This document shows positions 43,001 through 54,808 of a stretch of DNA of 64,000 nt, piece by piece (the first letter of the stretch is position 1; every line of letters begins with the position of its first letter). The notes beneath the pieces are model-generated. The model saw only the letters and a list, made by a program, of their open reading frames with translations. It ran no database searches and had not been told where the DNA came from. Source of the stretch: an uncultured delta proteobacterium (lineage in GTDB: Bacteria > Myxococcota_A > UBA9160 > SMWR01); assembly GCA_963832165.1 (NCBI GenBank), contig CAWHTE010000007.1, positions 736,001 to 800,000 of the forward strand. The letters are read 5' to 3'. The translations under genes and the position numbers were made by a program.

Positions 43001-44305
43001 TACCGGCGCGCGGTCGAGATCATCGAATCGATGCGCAACGAGAGCCAGCGGGCGCGCAGCGCGGCGGCGCTGCGCTTCCGACGAGCCGTCGCGCCGATCT
43101 ACCTCGACTACGTCGACGCGCTGCTCACGAGCTCCGACCGCGTCGAGGCCGCGGGTTCCCGGCAGCAGCTGCTCGTCGAGGCGCGCGCCGTGATGGAGCA
43201 GTACAGGGCGGCGGAGCTGCGCGACTACTTCCGCGACGAGTGCGTCGCGGACATCGAGGCGCGCACGGTCGATCTCGACGGCGTGCTGCGCCGCCACGCG
43301 CCGACCGCGGCGATCGTGTATCCGATCGCGCTGAAAGATCGATTGGAGCTGCTCGTGAGCCTGCCGCACGGGCTCGAACGCCGACGCGTACCGGTGTCGC
43401 GCGAGCGACTCGCAGCGACCGTGGCGGAGTTCCGTGAGGGGGTGCGCAGCCCCGTGCGGCGCACCCACCTGGCGCCCGCGCAGAGGCTCCATTCGTGGCT
43501 CGTGGCGCCCTACGCCGAAGAACTGGCCGCACAGGGCGTGGACACGCTCGTCTTCGTGCCCGACGCGGCGCTGCGCACGGTTCCGATGGCGGCGCTCCAC
43601 GACGGCAGTCGCTACCTCCTGCAGCGCTTCGCGGTCGCCGTGACACCGGGATTCTCGCTGATCGATCCGCAGCGACTAGCACCCGAACAGGAGAAGTTCC
43701 TGCTGGCCGGGTTGTCGCAGGGTGGCGAAGTGAGAGGACGGCACTTCGATCCCCTGCCCAAGGTGAGCGAGGAGATCGCCGCGATCCATTCGCTCTTCGG
43801 CGGGGAGGTGATGCTGGACGCCGGGTTCGAGGCGGCGCGTTTCGAGCAGGCGCTCGTGGAGCGCGAGCCGACCGTCGTGCACGTGGCGTCGCACGCGGTC
43901 TTCTCGGGGGATCCGGATGCGAGCTTCCTCGTAGCCCACGACGGCCCGATCACGCTCGACCGGCTCGGGGTGGTGGTGTCGCCGCGCAAGTACACCGAGG
44001 CGCCGCTCGAGCTGCTCGTGCTGTCGGCCTGCGAGACGGCCAGCGGCGACGAGCAGGCGGCGCTCGGGCTCGCCGGAGTGGCGGTGCGCGCGGGGGCGCG
44101 GTCGGCGGTCGGAAGCCTCTGGGCGATTCCGGACGAGGCGGCCTATCAGGTCGTGACGCGCTTCTACACCGCGTTGCGCGACGACAAGCTCTCCAAAGCC
44201 CAGGCGCTGCGCCGCGCGGAGCTCGCGCTGCTCGAGGGCGAGCACCGCGCCTATCGGCACCCCTACTACTGGTCCACCTATCAGCTGATCAGCGACTGGC
44301 TGTAG
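40050..44305 (+). CDS. Filamentous-haemagglutinin-type TpsA, apparently fused to TPR and CHAT protease domains; several frameshifts and one in-frame TGA between 40.3 and 41.75 kb
   Basis: GTG 40050 gives a signal peptide then AQIATDDTL. TPS motifs SFSFDEFGVPTGGSATF, SRVTGG, FLNPSGVFFG, VGGSFHLTTAD. Beta-helix repeats (GDAGDITV, GNAGDISV, GNGGDVEV). ORF 41798-44305 continues into TPR (ALGNLGALY, YRWHWQEGRLL) and CHAT (FVPDAALR, VHVASHA, LVLSACETA, HPYYWS). Confidence 0.75.
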
Positions 44306-45389
44306 TCCGGCGGCGGGGGAGCAGCGCGAGCGCGCTGGCACCCGCCAGGAGCATCCACTCCAGAGAGGGCTCCGGAACGGAGATCACCGTGAAGTCGTTC
44401 GCTCGCACATGAGTGTTCGTTCCGGCGCGGCGCGCGGCCCAGCTGTCCTCGGACTCGGAAACCGCGTTGCAGCTCATCGCGTGCGGAACATTGATGAACT
44501 GCTGCGCGGGCAGGTTGATCTCGTACACGGTGCGCCCGCTCGAGCACGGCACGTCCGGCGGACCGATCGCCCCGGCGCCCGTGCACTGCGGGTCGAGCAG
44601 GATCGGCACGAGCGCGCTTCCGCCGCTGCGCGTCGGATCGAAGATGAAACCGACCGGGTTGGTGGGCGGCTCGACGGAGAGGCCGTAGGTCGGTGCCGCG
44701 CGCGAGCAGCCGTATCCGCCCGGCGGATCGGTGGGCAGCGCGAACACCGGCATGGAGCGGAAGATCTGATTGAACGGGAGCTGGAGGTAGGCGAGCGCGT
44801 CGAACCGGGGCATGGCCGCGATGTTCTGGACCACGGCCATGCCGCCTCCGATCACGCGCCCGAACGCCGTGAATCCCCCGTCGACGGAGTCCAGGAAGGT
44901 GTTGTTGGCGAGGTTCACGAACCACTGGCTCGTCGCGCTGTTCGGCTGGCCGCCGATGCGCGCCATCGCGATCGTGCCGGTCGTGTTGGAGAGACAGGGC
45001 TCGTTCACGACCGCGGGATCCGTGGGGATCGCCGCGTAGGCATCGCCTACCTGGCGGTAGCCCCCGCCCTGGATCACGAAGCCGGGCTCGCTGCGATGGA
45101 CGAGCGCTCCGTCCCAGTCTCCGGCGTCGGCGTAGGCCTGGAAGTTCGCCACCGTCTGCGGCGCCATGTTCGGGTAGAGCTGGACCGGGATGTCACCGAG
45201 GGGTGTCTCGATCACGTAGACGATCGACCCGGAGAAGTTCGGGGTGCAGCCGCCGATCTGCGCATGCGCGGGCGCGGCGGCCGCGGTGAACGCGAGCGCG
45301 AGACACACGAGCGCGCGCCGAACGCGTACGCAACGCGAGCCGGGGAACCGGAGATTCTGGAGGAGCGGGTGCATTTCGGGGAGGGCCAC
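44289..45389 (-). CDS. Cyclophilin-type peptidyl-prolyl isomerase with signal peptide and PEP-CTERM tail
   Basis: APQTVANF, HRSEPGFVIQGGG, GTIAMAR, NSATSQWFVNL, FTAFGRV. Ends VPEPSLEWMLLAGASALALLPRRR. Start uncertain. Confidence 0.88.
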   Translation of the reverse strand: MALPEMHPLLQNLRFPGSRCVRVRRALVCLALAFTAAAAPAHAQIGGCTPNFSGSIVYVIETPLGDIPVQLYPNMAPQTVANFQAYADAGDWDGALVHRSEPGFVIQGGGYRQVGDAYAAIPTDPAVVNEPCLSNTTGTIAMARIGGQPNSATSQWFVNLANNTFLDSVDGGFTAFGRVIGGGMAVVQNIAAMPRFDALAYLQLPFNQIFRSMPVFALPTDPPGGYGCSRAAPTYGLSVEPPTNPVGFIFDPTRSGGSALVPILLDPQCTGAGAIGPPDVPCSSGRTVYEINLPAQQFINVPHAMSCNAVSESEDSWAARRAGTNTHVRANDFTVISVPEPSLEWMLLAGASALALLPRRRTTASR

Positions 45390-45447
45390 CTGGTGAGTGG
45401 CCCGCTGCGGGAGTTTGGTGTTGCCGGTCGGCTGCGCAGTCCTGGAA

Positions 45448-45957
45448 TCACCCCTCCTGCGCCGGCAGCCCGCCGATGAAGTCCATCTTGCCGAGCTTCA
45501 CGCCGTTGTGGCGCAGGATCGCGTACGCCATGGTCGCGTGGAAGAAGAAGTTCGGGATCGCGAGCTCCGCGAGGTAGTCGCTTCCGCGCACCCACTTCCC
45601 GCCCATCCAGGGCGGAGCCACCTTGCGCTCGTCGGCGCCCGCGAAGTCCTTCTCGGGGATGCTCGCGGCGAACTTCTTCGCCTTCTCGATCCGCTGACGC
45701 AGCTCCGAGAACGTCTTCTCGGTGTCGGGGTGCGACGGCGGCTTCGTGCCCGAGAGATAGGCCGCTGCGTACTTCGCCTGATCGCAGGCCGATTGCACCT
45801 GCTGGACGAAATCGAACTGATCCGGCGCGAGGCGGGACTGCGCGAGCACGTCCACCTCGAAGGCGCGGTCCTTGGCGTGCTCCTCGGCCTTGTCCATCCA
45901 CTTCTCGAAGTTCTCGAGCGTCTTCGCGAACAGACGGATCGCGTCGTGCGGGGTCAT
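45448..45957 (-). CDS. DUF1993 family protein
   Basis: RLAPDQFDFVQQVQSACD, PNFFFHATMAYAILRHNGVKLGKMDF. Confidence 0.88.
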   Translation of the reverse strand: MTPHDAIRLFAKTLENFEKWMDKAEEHAKDRAFEVDVLAQSRLAPDQFDFVQQVQSACDQAKYAAAYLSGTKPPSHPDTEKTFSELRQRIEKAKKFAASIPEKDFAGADERKVAPPWMGGKWVRGSDYLAELAIPNFFFHATMAYAILRHNGVKLGKMDFIGGLPAQEG

Positions 45958-46067
45958 GGGGGATCTCCTTGGGCTCGAGCGCGCAAACACAGGCTACGCG
46001 ACCCGCGTCCGGGGCGCCGCCCGCGCGTGGTAGAGTGTCGCCTCGCGCGTCGCAACAGGAGGGAAGC

Positions 46068-46682
46068 GTGAAGTTCTACAACTCGATGGGCCCGAATCCG
46101 AAGCTCGTGCGCATGTTCGCCGCCGAGAAGGGGTACTCCTTCTCCGCGATCGAGCAGGTCGACCTCATCAAGGGCGCCAACCGCCAGGCGCCGTATCTCT
46201 CCAGGAATCCCGCCGGGCAGCTCCCGTGCGTGGAGATCGCCGACGGCCGCATCATCGCGGAGACGATCGCGATCTGCGAGCTGATCGAGGAGACGCAGCC
46301 CAAGCCCGCGCTGATCGGCACGACGCCCGAGGACCGCGCCGAGACGCGCATGTGGGTGCGCCGGATCGAGTGGAAGATCACGCAGCCGCTCGCCGACGGT
46401 TTCCGCTTCGCGGAAGGTCTGCCGCTGTTCAAGGACCGCATCCGCACGATTCCCGAGGCGGCCGCGGGGCTCAAGGCGATCGCACGTGACGGCCTCGCGT
46501 GGCTCGACGGGCAGCTCGCTGGGCGCGACACGATCGTGCCGGGCCGCTTCACACTCGCCGACATCACGCTGTTCGCGTTCGTGGATTTCGGCGCATCGGT
46601 CGGTCAGGCGCTCGATCCGGCGCTCGAGAACCTCGCGAACTGGCTCGCAAAGACGAAGGGCCGGCCCAGCGCGCAGGCGTGA
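46068..46682 (+). CDS. Glutathione S-transferase family protein
   Basis: GPNPKLVRMF, NPAGQLPCVE, ETIAICE, FTLADI. AGGAGG RBS. Confidence 0.9.
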   Translation: MKFYNSMGPNPKLVRMFAAEKGYSFSAIEQVDLIKGANRQAPYLSRNPAGQLPCVEIADGRIIAETIAICELIEETQPKPALIGTTPEDRAETRMWVRRIEWKITQPLADGFRFAEGLPLFKDRIRTIPEAAAGLKAIARDGLAWLDGQLAGRDTIVPGRFTLADITLFAFVDFGASVGQALDPALENLANWLAKTKGRPSAQA

Positions 46683-46695
46683 AAAGCGGCGAGCG

Positions 46696-47328
46696 ATGAC
46701 CGACTGGATGATCGAGGGAGACAGCTACGGGAGCTGCAGCTGCATCTGGGCGTGCCCGTGTCAGTTCGAAGCCGATCCGACCCACGGCCATTGCCGCGGC
46801 TTCGAGGGGGCGCGGATCACGCGCGGGCACTTCGGCGATACCCGGCTGGACGGGCTCCGGTTCGTGGTGACCTACGCCTGGCCGGGGCCGATCTATCGCG
46901 GCGGCGGCGAGATGCAGGTGATCGTCGACGAGCGCGCCGATGCGGCGCAGCGGGACGCGCTCGACGCGGTACTGCACGGCCGCGAGACCGAGGCCGGCAA
47001 GACGATCTGGTGGGTGTTCGCCGCGATGACCGACACCAAGCATCCGGTGCTTTTCCGGCCGATCGAGTTCGAGTGCGACATCGACGCGCGCACCGCGCGC
47101 GTCCGGATCCCCGGCGTGCTCGAGTCCACGGGTCAGCCGATCCGGAGCCCGGTCAGCGGCGATCTGCACCGCGTGCGGATCGACCTCCCCGGCGGCGTGG
47201 AGTTCACCCAGGCGGAGATCGGCAGCGGCACCACTCGTTCCAGCGGCTCCGCGATCGCGCTCGACCTCAGCGAAACCTACGGCCAATGGAACCCGCTGCG
47301 CGTCACGGGCGGCGGGCTGTTCCGCTAG
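46696..47328 (+). CDS. DUF1326 family protein
   Basis: CSCIWACPC..PTHGHC, GHFGDTRLDGL, WPGPIY.GGG, VDERADAAQRDAL. Confidence 0.82.
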   Translation: MTDWMIEGDSYGSCSCIWACPCQFEADPTHGHCRGFEGARITRGHFGDTRLDGLRFVVTYAWPGPIYRGGGEMQVIVDERADAAQRDALDAVLHGRETEAGKTIWWVFAAMTDTKHPVLFRPIEFECDIDARTARVRIPGVLESTGQPIRSPVSGDLHRVRIDLPGGVEFTQAEIGSGTTRSSGSAIALDLSETYGQWNPLRVTGGGLFR

Positions 47329-47819
47329 TCCGCGCGCGGGCGCGGTGTCAGCAGGCGGATCGTCTCGTGCGACGCACCCGGACCTGGCACGGTGCGCAGC
47401 TCGCGCCGCGTGAGCGGGTTGCCGTCGGCGTCGGTCACGCGCAGCCTCGGGAGACGCCGGCCGGTGCGGCGGTCGCGCACGATCACGGGCTCGTTGCCGC
47501 GCCCGAACACCCACTCGTCGGACCAATCGCGCAGCGCGGTGAGCACGGGCAGCAGCGCCTCGCCCTTCGCGGTGAGCCGGTACTCGAAGTGCTCGCCCTC
47601 GCTGCCCACGTCGACGCGCTCGAAGATCTCGTGCTCGACGAGGTGCTGCAGGCGCGCGGACAGGACGTTCTTCGCGATGCCGAGGCTGCGCTCGAAGTCT
47701 CCGAACCGGCGCGCGCCGAAGAACGCGTCGCGCACGATCAGGAGCGTCCACCAGTCGCCGAACGCCTCCAGCGCCTGGCCGATTCCGCAGTTCATGTCGG
47801 CGAATCGCTTGCGGCCCAT
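47325..47819 (-). CDS. HxlR-family winged-helix regulator
   Basis: MNCGIGQALEAFGDWWTLLIVRDAF.GARRF, EYRLTAKG. Confidence 0.92.
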   Translation of the reverse strand: MGRKRFADMNCGIGQALEAFGDWWTLLIVRDAFFGARRFGDFERSLGIAKNVLSARLQHLVEHEIFERVDVGSEGEHFEYRLTAKGEALLPVLTALRDWSDEWVFGRGNEPVIVRDRRTGRRLPRLRVTDADGNPLTRRELRTVPGPGASHETIRLLTPRPRAD

Positions 47820-47844
47820 GACCCGGAGTCTACACGAAACTGTG

Positions 47845-47859
47845 GTTGCGTAAAGCAAC
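47845..47859. promoter_or_regulatory. Inverted repeat GTTGC-N5-GCAAC, candidate HxlR operator
   Basis: Lies in the ~60-bp spacer between the divergent hxlR-like and SDR genes. Confidence 0.5.
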
Positions 47860-47881
47860 TGGATCAGGTATCCAGAGACCG

Positions 47882-48583
47882 ATGGAATCGCGGGTCTGCG
47901 TCGTGACGGGAGTCGGGCCGGGCACCGGAGCGGCCCTCGTGCGGCGGTTCGCGGCCGACGGCTACCGCGTCGCGATGCTCGCGCGCGACGCCGCGCGGCT
48001 CGAAGCGCTCGCGCAGGAGGTGCCGAGCGCGCGGTCCTTCCCCGTGGACGTCGCCGACCTCGACGCGCTGCGCGGCACGCTCGCCCGCGTGCGCGCGGAG
48101 CTGGGTGTGCCGTCGGTGCTGCTGCACAACGCCGTGGCGGGCGGCTTCGGCACGTTCGACACCGTGAAGCCCGAGGCGCTCGAGCACCGCTTCCGCGTCA
48201 ACGTCACTTCGCTGCTCGTGCTGGCCCAGGAGCTCGCGCCCGCGATGATCGAGGCGGGCCGCGGCGCGATCGTCGTCACGGGCAACACGTCGGCGTGGCG
48301 CGGCAAGGCCGCGTTCGCGGGCTTCGCGCCCACCAAGGCGGCGCAGCGGATCCTCGCGGAGTCGCTCGCGCGCACGCTCGGACCGAAGGGCGTGCACGTC
48401 GCCTACGTCGTCACCGACGCCGTGATCGACGTACCGTGGGCGCGCAAGGCGTTCCCGGACCAGCCCGACGAATTCTTCATCCAGCCGAGCGGGATCGCCG
48501 ACGCGGTGCACCACGTCGTGCACCAGGAGCGCTCCGCCTGGACCTTCGAGCTCGACCTCCGGCCCTTCGGAGAGAGCTGGTAG
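47882..48583 (+). CDS. Atypical SDR (Phe in place of the catalytic Tyr)
   Basis: VTGVGPGTG, FAPTK, GVHVAYV, WTFELDLRPFGESW. Confidence 0.88.
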   Translation: MESRVCVVTGVGPGTGAALVRRFAADGYRVAMLARDAARLEALAQEVPSARSFPVDVADLDALRGTLARVRAELGVPSVLLHNAVAGGFGTFDTVKPEALEHRFRVNVTSLLVLAQELAPAMIEAGRGAIVVTGNTSAWRGKAAFAGFAPTKAAQRILAESLARTLGPKGVHVAYVVTDAVIDVPWARKAFPDQPDEFFIQPSGIADAVHHVVHQERSAWTFELDLRPFGESW

Positions 48584-48620
48584 CCCGTTTCGAACCCCAC
48601 ACGCGCCCCGAGGACCGAAC

Positions 48621-50888
<2,268 letters not shown>

Positions 50889-50892
<4 letters not shown>

Positions 50893-51695
50893 GCGGCGCG
50901 GCGCCCGCGCTGCGCATCTTCTCGTACCTACCGAACCCGCGGCTCGCGAAAGCGACGATCGCGGCGCGGATCTCGGGAGTGACGCTGGAGATCCGCGGCG
51001 CAGCGCCTCGCGAGCTCGCCGGCTGGCTATGGGACTTCGACGCACGGCCGCTCGCCGCGGACGAGCGTGAGGCGGGCCGTGCGGTCGCGGGCCGCACTGG
51101 ATTCGCCGGCGCGCTGCAAAAGACCGACGCGTTCCTGGCCGCGCATCCGTTCGGCACGGTACCCGCCGCATTCAGCCCCGACGGCGCGGTGGGAATCTTC
51201 GAATCGAACGCGATCGCGCGCGCCGTCGCGCGGCTCGCGCCGCCGGGCAAGGGGCTGTACGGCGACGACGCCTATCAGGCGTCGCGCATCGACGGCTTCC
51301 TCGACGCGAGCCTCGTGTTCGCACGCGAAGCGCAGGTCTATCTGCTCGATCTCGGCGCGCGGCGCGTCTCGCCGGCGACGCACGAGCGAGCGCGCGCCGC
51401 GCGCGACGGCTATCTCGAGGGCATCGACCGCGCGCTCGCGCCGCGGCGCGAGTTCCTCGTCGGGGATGGGCTCACGCTCGCGGATGTCGTGTTCGCCACC
51501 GAGCTCGCGCTCTTCTCGGCGGAGCGCGTCCACGGCGTGGCGCGCGAGGCGGCCGGCCTCGCCCCGCTCTGCGACGACGCCCTGCGCGACCACTTCCCGC
51601 GCGCGATCGAACACTTCGACCGGCTGTGTGCGCACGCGGCCTTCGCGGCGGATCTGCGCCCCTACCTGGAGAAGCTCGGTGGACGGATCGACTGA
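50889..51695 (+). CDS. Glutathione S-transferase-like protein (eEF1B-gamma-like N-domain)
   Basis: SYLPNPR, HPFGTVPA, FESNAIARAV, FLVGDGLTLADV. GTG start overlaps the upstream stop. Confidence 0.8.
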
Positions 51696-52426
51696 AACCC
51701 CGCGTCGCGCTCGTGGTCGGCGCGGGCGACTTCATCGGCGGATCGATCGCGAAGCGCTTCGCCGCGGGCGGCTACGTCGCGGCGCTCGGACGGCGCAAGG
51801 CAGACCAGCTGGCGCCACTCGTTGGCGAGATCGAGGCGGCCGGCGGGCGTGCGCGCGCCTTCGCTCTCGATGCGCGCAACGAGGAGAGCGTGCAGGAGGT
51901 GTTCGCGGCGATCGAGCGCGACATCGGTCCGCTCGAGGTGGTCGTGTTCAACGTCGGCGCGAACGTGAGCTTTCCGATCACGGAGACGACCAGCCGCGTG
52001 TTCCGCAAGGTGTGGGAGATGGCGTGCCTGGGCGGCTTCCTCACCGGTCGCGAGGCCGCGCGCGTGATGCTTCCGCGCAAGCGCGGATCGATCTTCTTCA
52101 CGGGCGCCACCGCGAGCCTGCGCGGCGGCAAGGGCTATGCGGCGTTCGCCGCGGCAAAGTCCGGTCTGCGCGCGCTCGCGCAGAGCATGGCGCGCGAGCT
52201 TGGCCCAGAGAACATCCACGTCGCGCACCTCGTGATCGACGCGGGCGTCGATACCGCCTGGGTGCGCGAGCGGATCGCGGCGTCGGGACGCGACCCCGCC
52301 CAGCTGCCGCCCGATGCGCTGATGAATCCGGCGTCCGTGGGCGAGGCCTACTGGATGCTCCACCACCAGACGCCCGACGCATGGACGTTCGAGCTCGACT
52401 TGCGCCCGCACCGCGAGAGCTGGTGA
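51692..52426 (+). CDS. Atypical SDR (Phe in place of the catalytic Tyr); start codon uncertain (CTG)
   Basis: VVGAGDFIGG, FTGATASLRG, FAAAK, IHVAHLVIDAGVD, WTFELDLRPHRESW. Confidence 0.88.
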   Translation: MKPRVALVVGAGDFIGGSIAKRFAAGGYVAALGRRKADQLAPLVGEIEAAGGRARAFALDARNEESVQEVFAAIERDIGPLEVVVFNVGANVSFPITETTSRVFRKVWEMACLGGFLTGREAARVMLPRKRGSIFFTGATASLRGGKGYAAFAAAKSGLRALAQSMARELGPENIHVAHLVIDAGVDTAWVRERIAASGRDPAQLPPDALMNPASVGEAYWMLHHQTPDAWTFELDLRPHRESW

Positions 52427-52438
52427 GATGGAGGCCCC

Positions 52439-53071
52439 ATGTCCGTCTGCGTAGAGTTCCACTTCGACTTCGGATCCCCGAACGCTTATCTGGCCCACCT
52501 CGTGGTTCCGGAGATCGCGCGTCGCACCCGCGTACCCTTCGTCTACGTCCCGGTGCTCCTCGGCGGCGTCTTCAAGGCAACCGGCAACGTGTCGCCGGCG
52601 GTCTCGCTGCATGGAATCAAGAACAAGGGCGAGTACGCCGAGCTCGAGATGCGCCGCTTCCTCGCGCGCCACGGCATCACTCGATACGCCCGCAATCCCT
52701 TCTTCCCGGTGAACACGCTCCAGATCATGCGCGGAGCGGTCGCGGCCCAGCGGCTCGACTGCTATGCACGCTATGTCGACGAGGTGTACCGGCACATGTG
52801 GGCAGAGCCAAAGAAGATGGATGATCCCGGCGTGATCGAGGCGGCCCTGAAGAAATCGGATCTGCCCGCGAGCGAGCTGCTGGCGCTGTCTTCCGACCCC
52901 TCGGTGAAGCAGGAACTGATCGCGAATACCGAGCGCTCGGTTGGCCGCGGCACGTTCGGCTCCCCGACGTTCTTCGTGGGCGACGAGATCTTCTTCGGCA
53001 AGGACCGGTTGCGCGAGGTGGAGGACGAGATCCTGGCGCAGCGCGAGAGAGCCGCGGGAGTGCGATCGTGA
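52439..53071 (+). CDS. 2-hydroxychromene-2-carboxylate isomerase / kappa-class GST (DsbA family)
   Basis: FDFGSPNAY, LLGGVFKATGN, FPVNTL, FGSPTFFVGDEIFFGKDRL. Confidence 0.9.
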   Translation: MSVCVEFHFDFGSPNAYLAHLVVPEIARRTRVPFVYVPVLLGGVFKATGNVSPAVSLHGIKNKGEYAELEMRRFLARHGITRYARNPFFPVNTLQIMRGAVAAQRLDCYARYVDEVYRHMWAEPKKMDDPGVIEAALKKSDLPASELLALSSDPSVKQELIANTERSVGRGTFGSPTFFVGDEIFFGKDRLREVEDEILAQRERAAGVRS

Positions 53072-53805
53072 CGGCGGGCAAAGGTGCACTCGTCCTCGGC
53101 GTCGGAGCGGCGGCGGGTCTCGGCGGCGCGCTGTGCCGGCGCTTCGCGCGCGAGGGCCTCACCGCGTTCGCGGTCGGCCGCACGCCTGCGAAGCTCGATG
53201 CGGTCGCGGACGAGATCCGCGCCGGTGGCGGCCGCGCGCACGCGATCGCCGCCGACGTGAGCTCCGCGGCCGACATGGCGCACGCGTTCGAATCGGTCGA
53301 GAAGGAGACCGGCGCGCCGCCCGAGGTCGTCGTCTACAACGCGGGCAACATGGCGGCGGGCGCGATCGGCGAGATGACCGACGCGTTCTTCGAGAACGCG
53401 TGGCGCGTGTGCGCGTTCGGGGCGTTCCTGTGCGGCCGCGAGGCTGCGCAGCGCATGGTCCCGCGTGGCGGTGGCACGCTGATCTTCACGGGCGCGACGT
53501 CGTCTTTGCGCTCGCGCCCGCCGTTCATCGCGTTCGCAGCCGCGAAGGCCGCGGAGCGCGCGGTTGCCCACGGCCTCGCGCGCGAGTTCGGTCCCAAGGG
53601 TCTCCACGTCGCCCACGTGATCATCGACGGCGTGATCGACGGCGAGCTCGTGAACTCGCGTGCGCCGCAGATCAAGGAGAAGCTCGGCGCCGACGGCATG
53701 ATCTCGATCGACGCGCTCGCCGACACCTACTGGATTCTCCACACGCAGGCGCGCAGCGCCTGGACGCTCGAGCTCGACCTGCGCCCGTACAAAGAGCAGT
53801 TCTGA
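53068..53805 (+). CDS. Atypical SDR (Phe in place of the catalytic Tyr)
   Basis: LGVGAAAGLG, FTGATSSLR, FAAAK, LHVAHVIIDG, WTLELDLRPYKEQF. Confidence 0.88.
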   Translation: MTAGKGALVLGVGAAAGLGGALCRRFAREGLTAFAVGRTPAKLDAVADEIRAGGGRAHAIAADVSSAADMAHAFESVEKETGAPPEVVVYNAGNMAAGAIGEMTDAFFENAWRVCAFGAFLCGREAAQRMVPRGGGTLIFTGATSSLRSRPPFIAFAAAKAAERAVAHGLAREFGPKGLHVAHVIIDGVIDGELVNSRAPQIKEKLGADGMISIDALADTYWILHTQARSAWTLELDLRPYKEQF

Positions 53806-53874
53806 GCTTGTCCGGTCCATCGGGCGCGCTCTCCGGGATTGAATGTCCGGACCGCCACTCGTTAGCGTCCGAGC

Positions 53875-54750
53875 ATGCGGTCGCTGCGCTTCAAGCAGGT
53901 CGACGCCTTCACGGCGCGGCCATTCTTCGGCAATCCCGTCGCGGTCGTGCTCGGCGCCGACGATCTCTCGTCGGACGACATGCAGCGGATCGCCGCGTGG
54001 ACGAACCTGTCCGAGACGACGTTCGTGCTCGCGCCGACGATCCCGGGTCCGGCCTATCGCCTGCGCATCTTCACACCCGGGCACGAGCTTCCGTTCGCAG
54101 GACATCCCACCATCGGGTCGTGTCACGCGGTGGTCGAAGCGGGCATCGTGACGCCGCGCGATGGGCGGCTCGTGCAACAGTGCGGTGCGGGCGACCTGCC
54201 GCTGCGGATCACGGGAGACGTGGAGCAGCGCTGGATCCACGTCGAGACGCCCGAGGCCGTGTGCGTCGGGGTGTATCCCGAGCTGGCTCGGCCGATCTCG
54301 GCTGCGCTCGGGCGCGCGATCGCCGCGCCCGCTCCGACGGCGCTCCGCAACGGGCCGACCTGGCTGTTCGTGCTCTTCGAGCATGAGTCGGAGGTCGCAG
54401 AGCTCAAGCCCGATCTCTCGGCACTGGCCGCGCTCAGCCTGGAGCACGCGGTCTCCGGCGTCGCGGCGTTCTCGTTCGTCGAGTCGGGCGACTTCGCGGT
54501 GCACGTCCGCTGCTTCGCACCCGCGTTCGGAGTGCCCGAGGATCCCGTCACGGGCAGCGCGAACGCGGCACTGCCGGCCTACCTGGCACGCCACGGGTGG
54601 CTCGATCGCGTGGGTCGCGACTACCTCGCGACGCAGGGCACGGAGCTGGGCCGCGACGGACGCGTGCACGTGCGCGTGCTCGACGAGCGCGGGCGCAGCG
54701 AGATCGGCGGTCAGGCGGTGACGGTGGTCGAGGGCGAGCTGCGGACCTAG
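53875..54750 (+). CDS. PhzF family isomerase
   Basis: QVDAFT..GNPVAVV, NLSETTF, RIFTPGHELPFAGHPTIG, EDPVTGSAN. Confidence 0.92.
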   Translation: MRSLRFKQVDAFTARPFFGNPVAVVLGADDLSSDDMQRIAAWTNLSETTFVLAPTIPGPAYRLRIFTPGHELPFAGHPTIGSCHAVVEAGIVTPRDGRLVQQCGAGDLPLRITGDVEQRWIHVETPEAVCVGVYPELARPISAALGRAIAAPAPTALRNGPTWLFVLFEHESEVAELKPDLSALAALSLEHAVSGVAAFSFVESGDFAVHVRCFAPAFGVPEDPVTGSANAALPAYLARHGWLDRVGRDYLATQGTELGRDGRVHVRVLDERGRSEIGGQAVTVVEGELRT

Positions 54751-54808
54751 TTCCGCTCTGCGCAGCGCGCAGATGTCGCTGCTACGGTGTGCTCCCCGGA
54801 GAGGATCG

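Noticed and set aside
42500..44305. TPR-CHAT as a CRISPR-associated (Craspase/Csx29-like) or anti-phage protease
   Set aside because: No cas genes, CRISPR array, gasdermin-like gene or defence context is present. The neighbourhood is type Vb secretion.
53875..54750. Phenazine biosynthesis cluster
   Set aside because: Only a lone PhzF-family gene is present, with no phzA/B/D/E/G homologues in the window.
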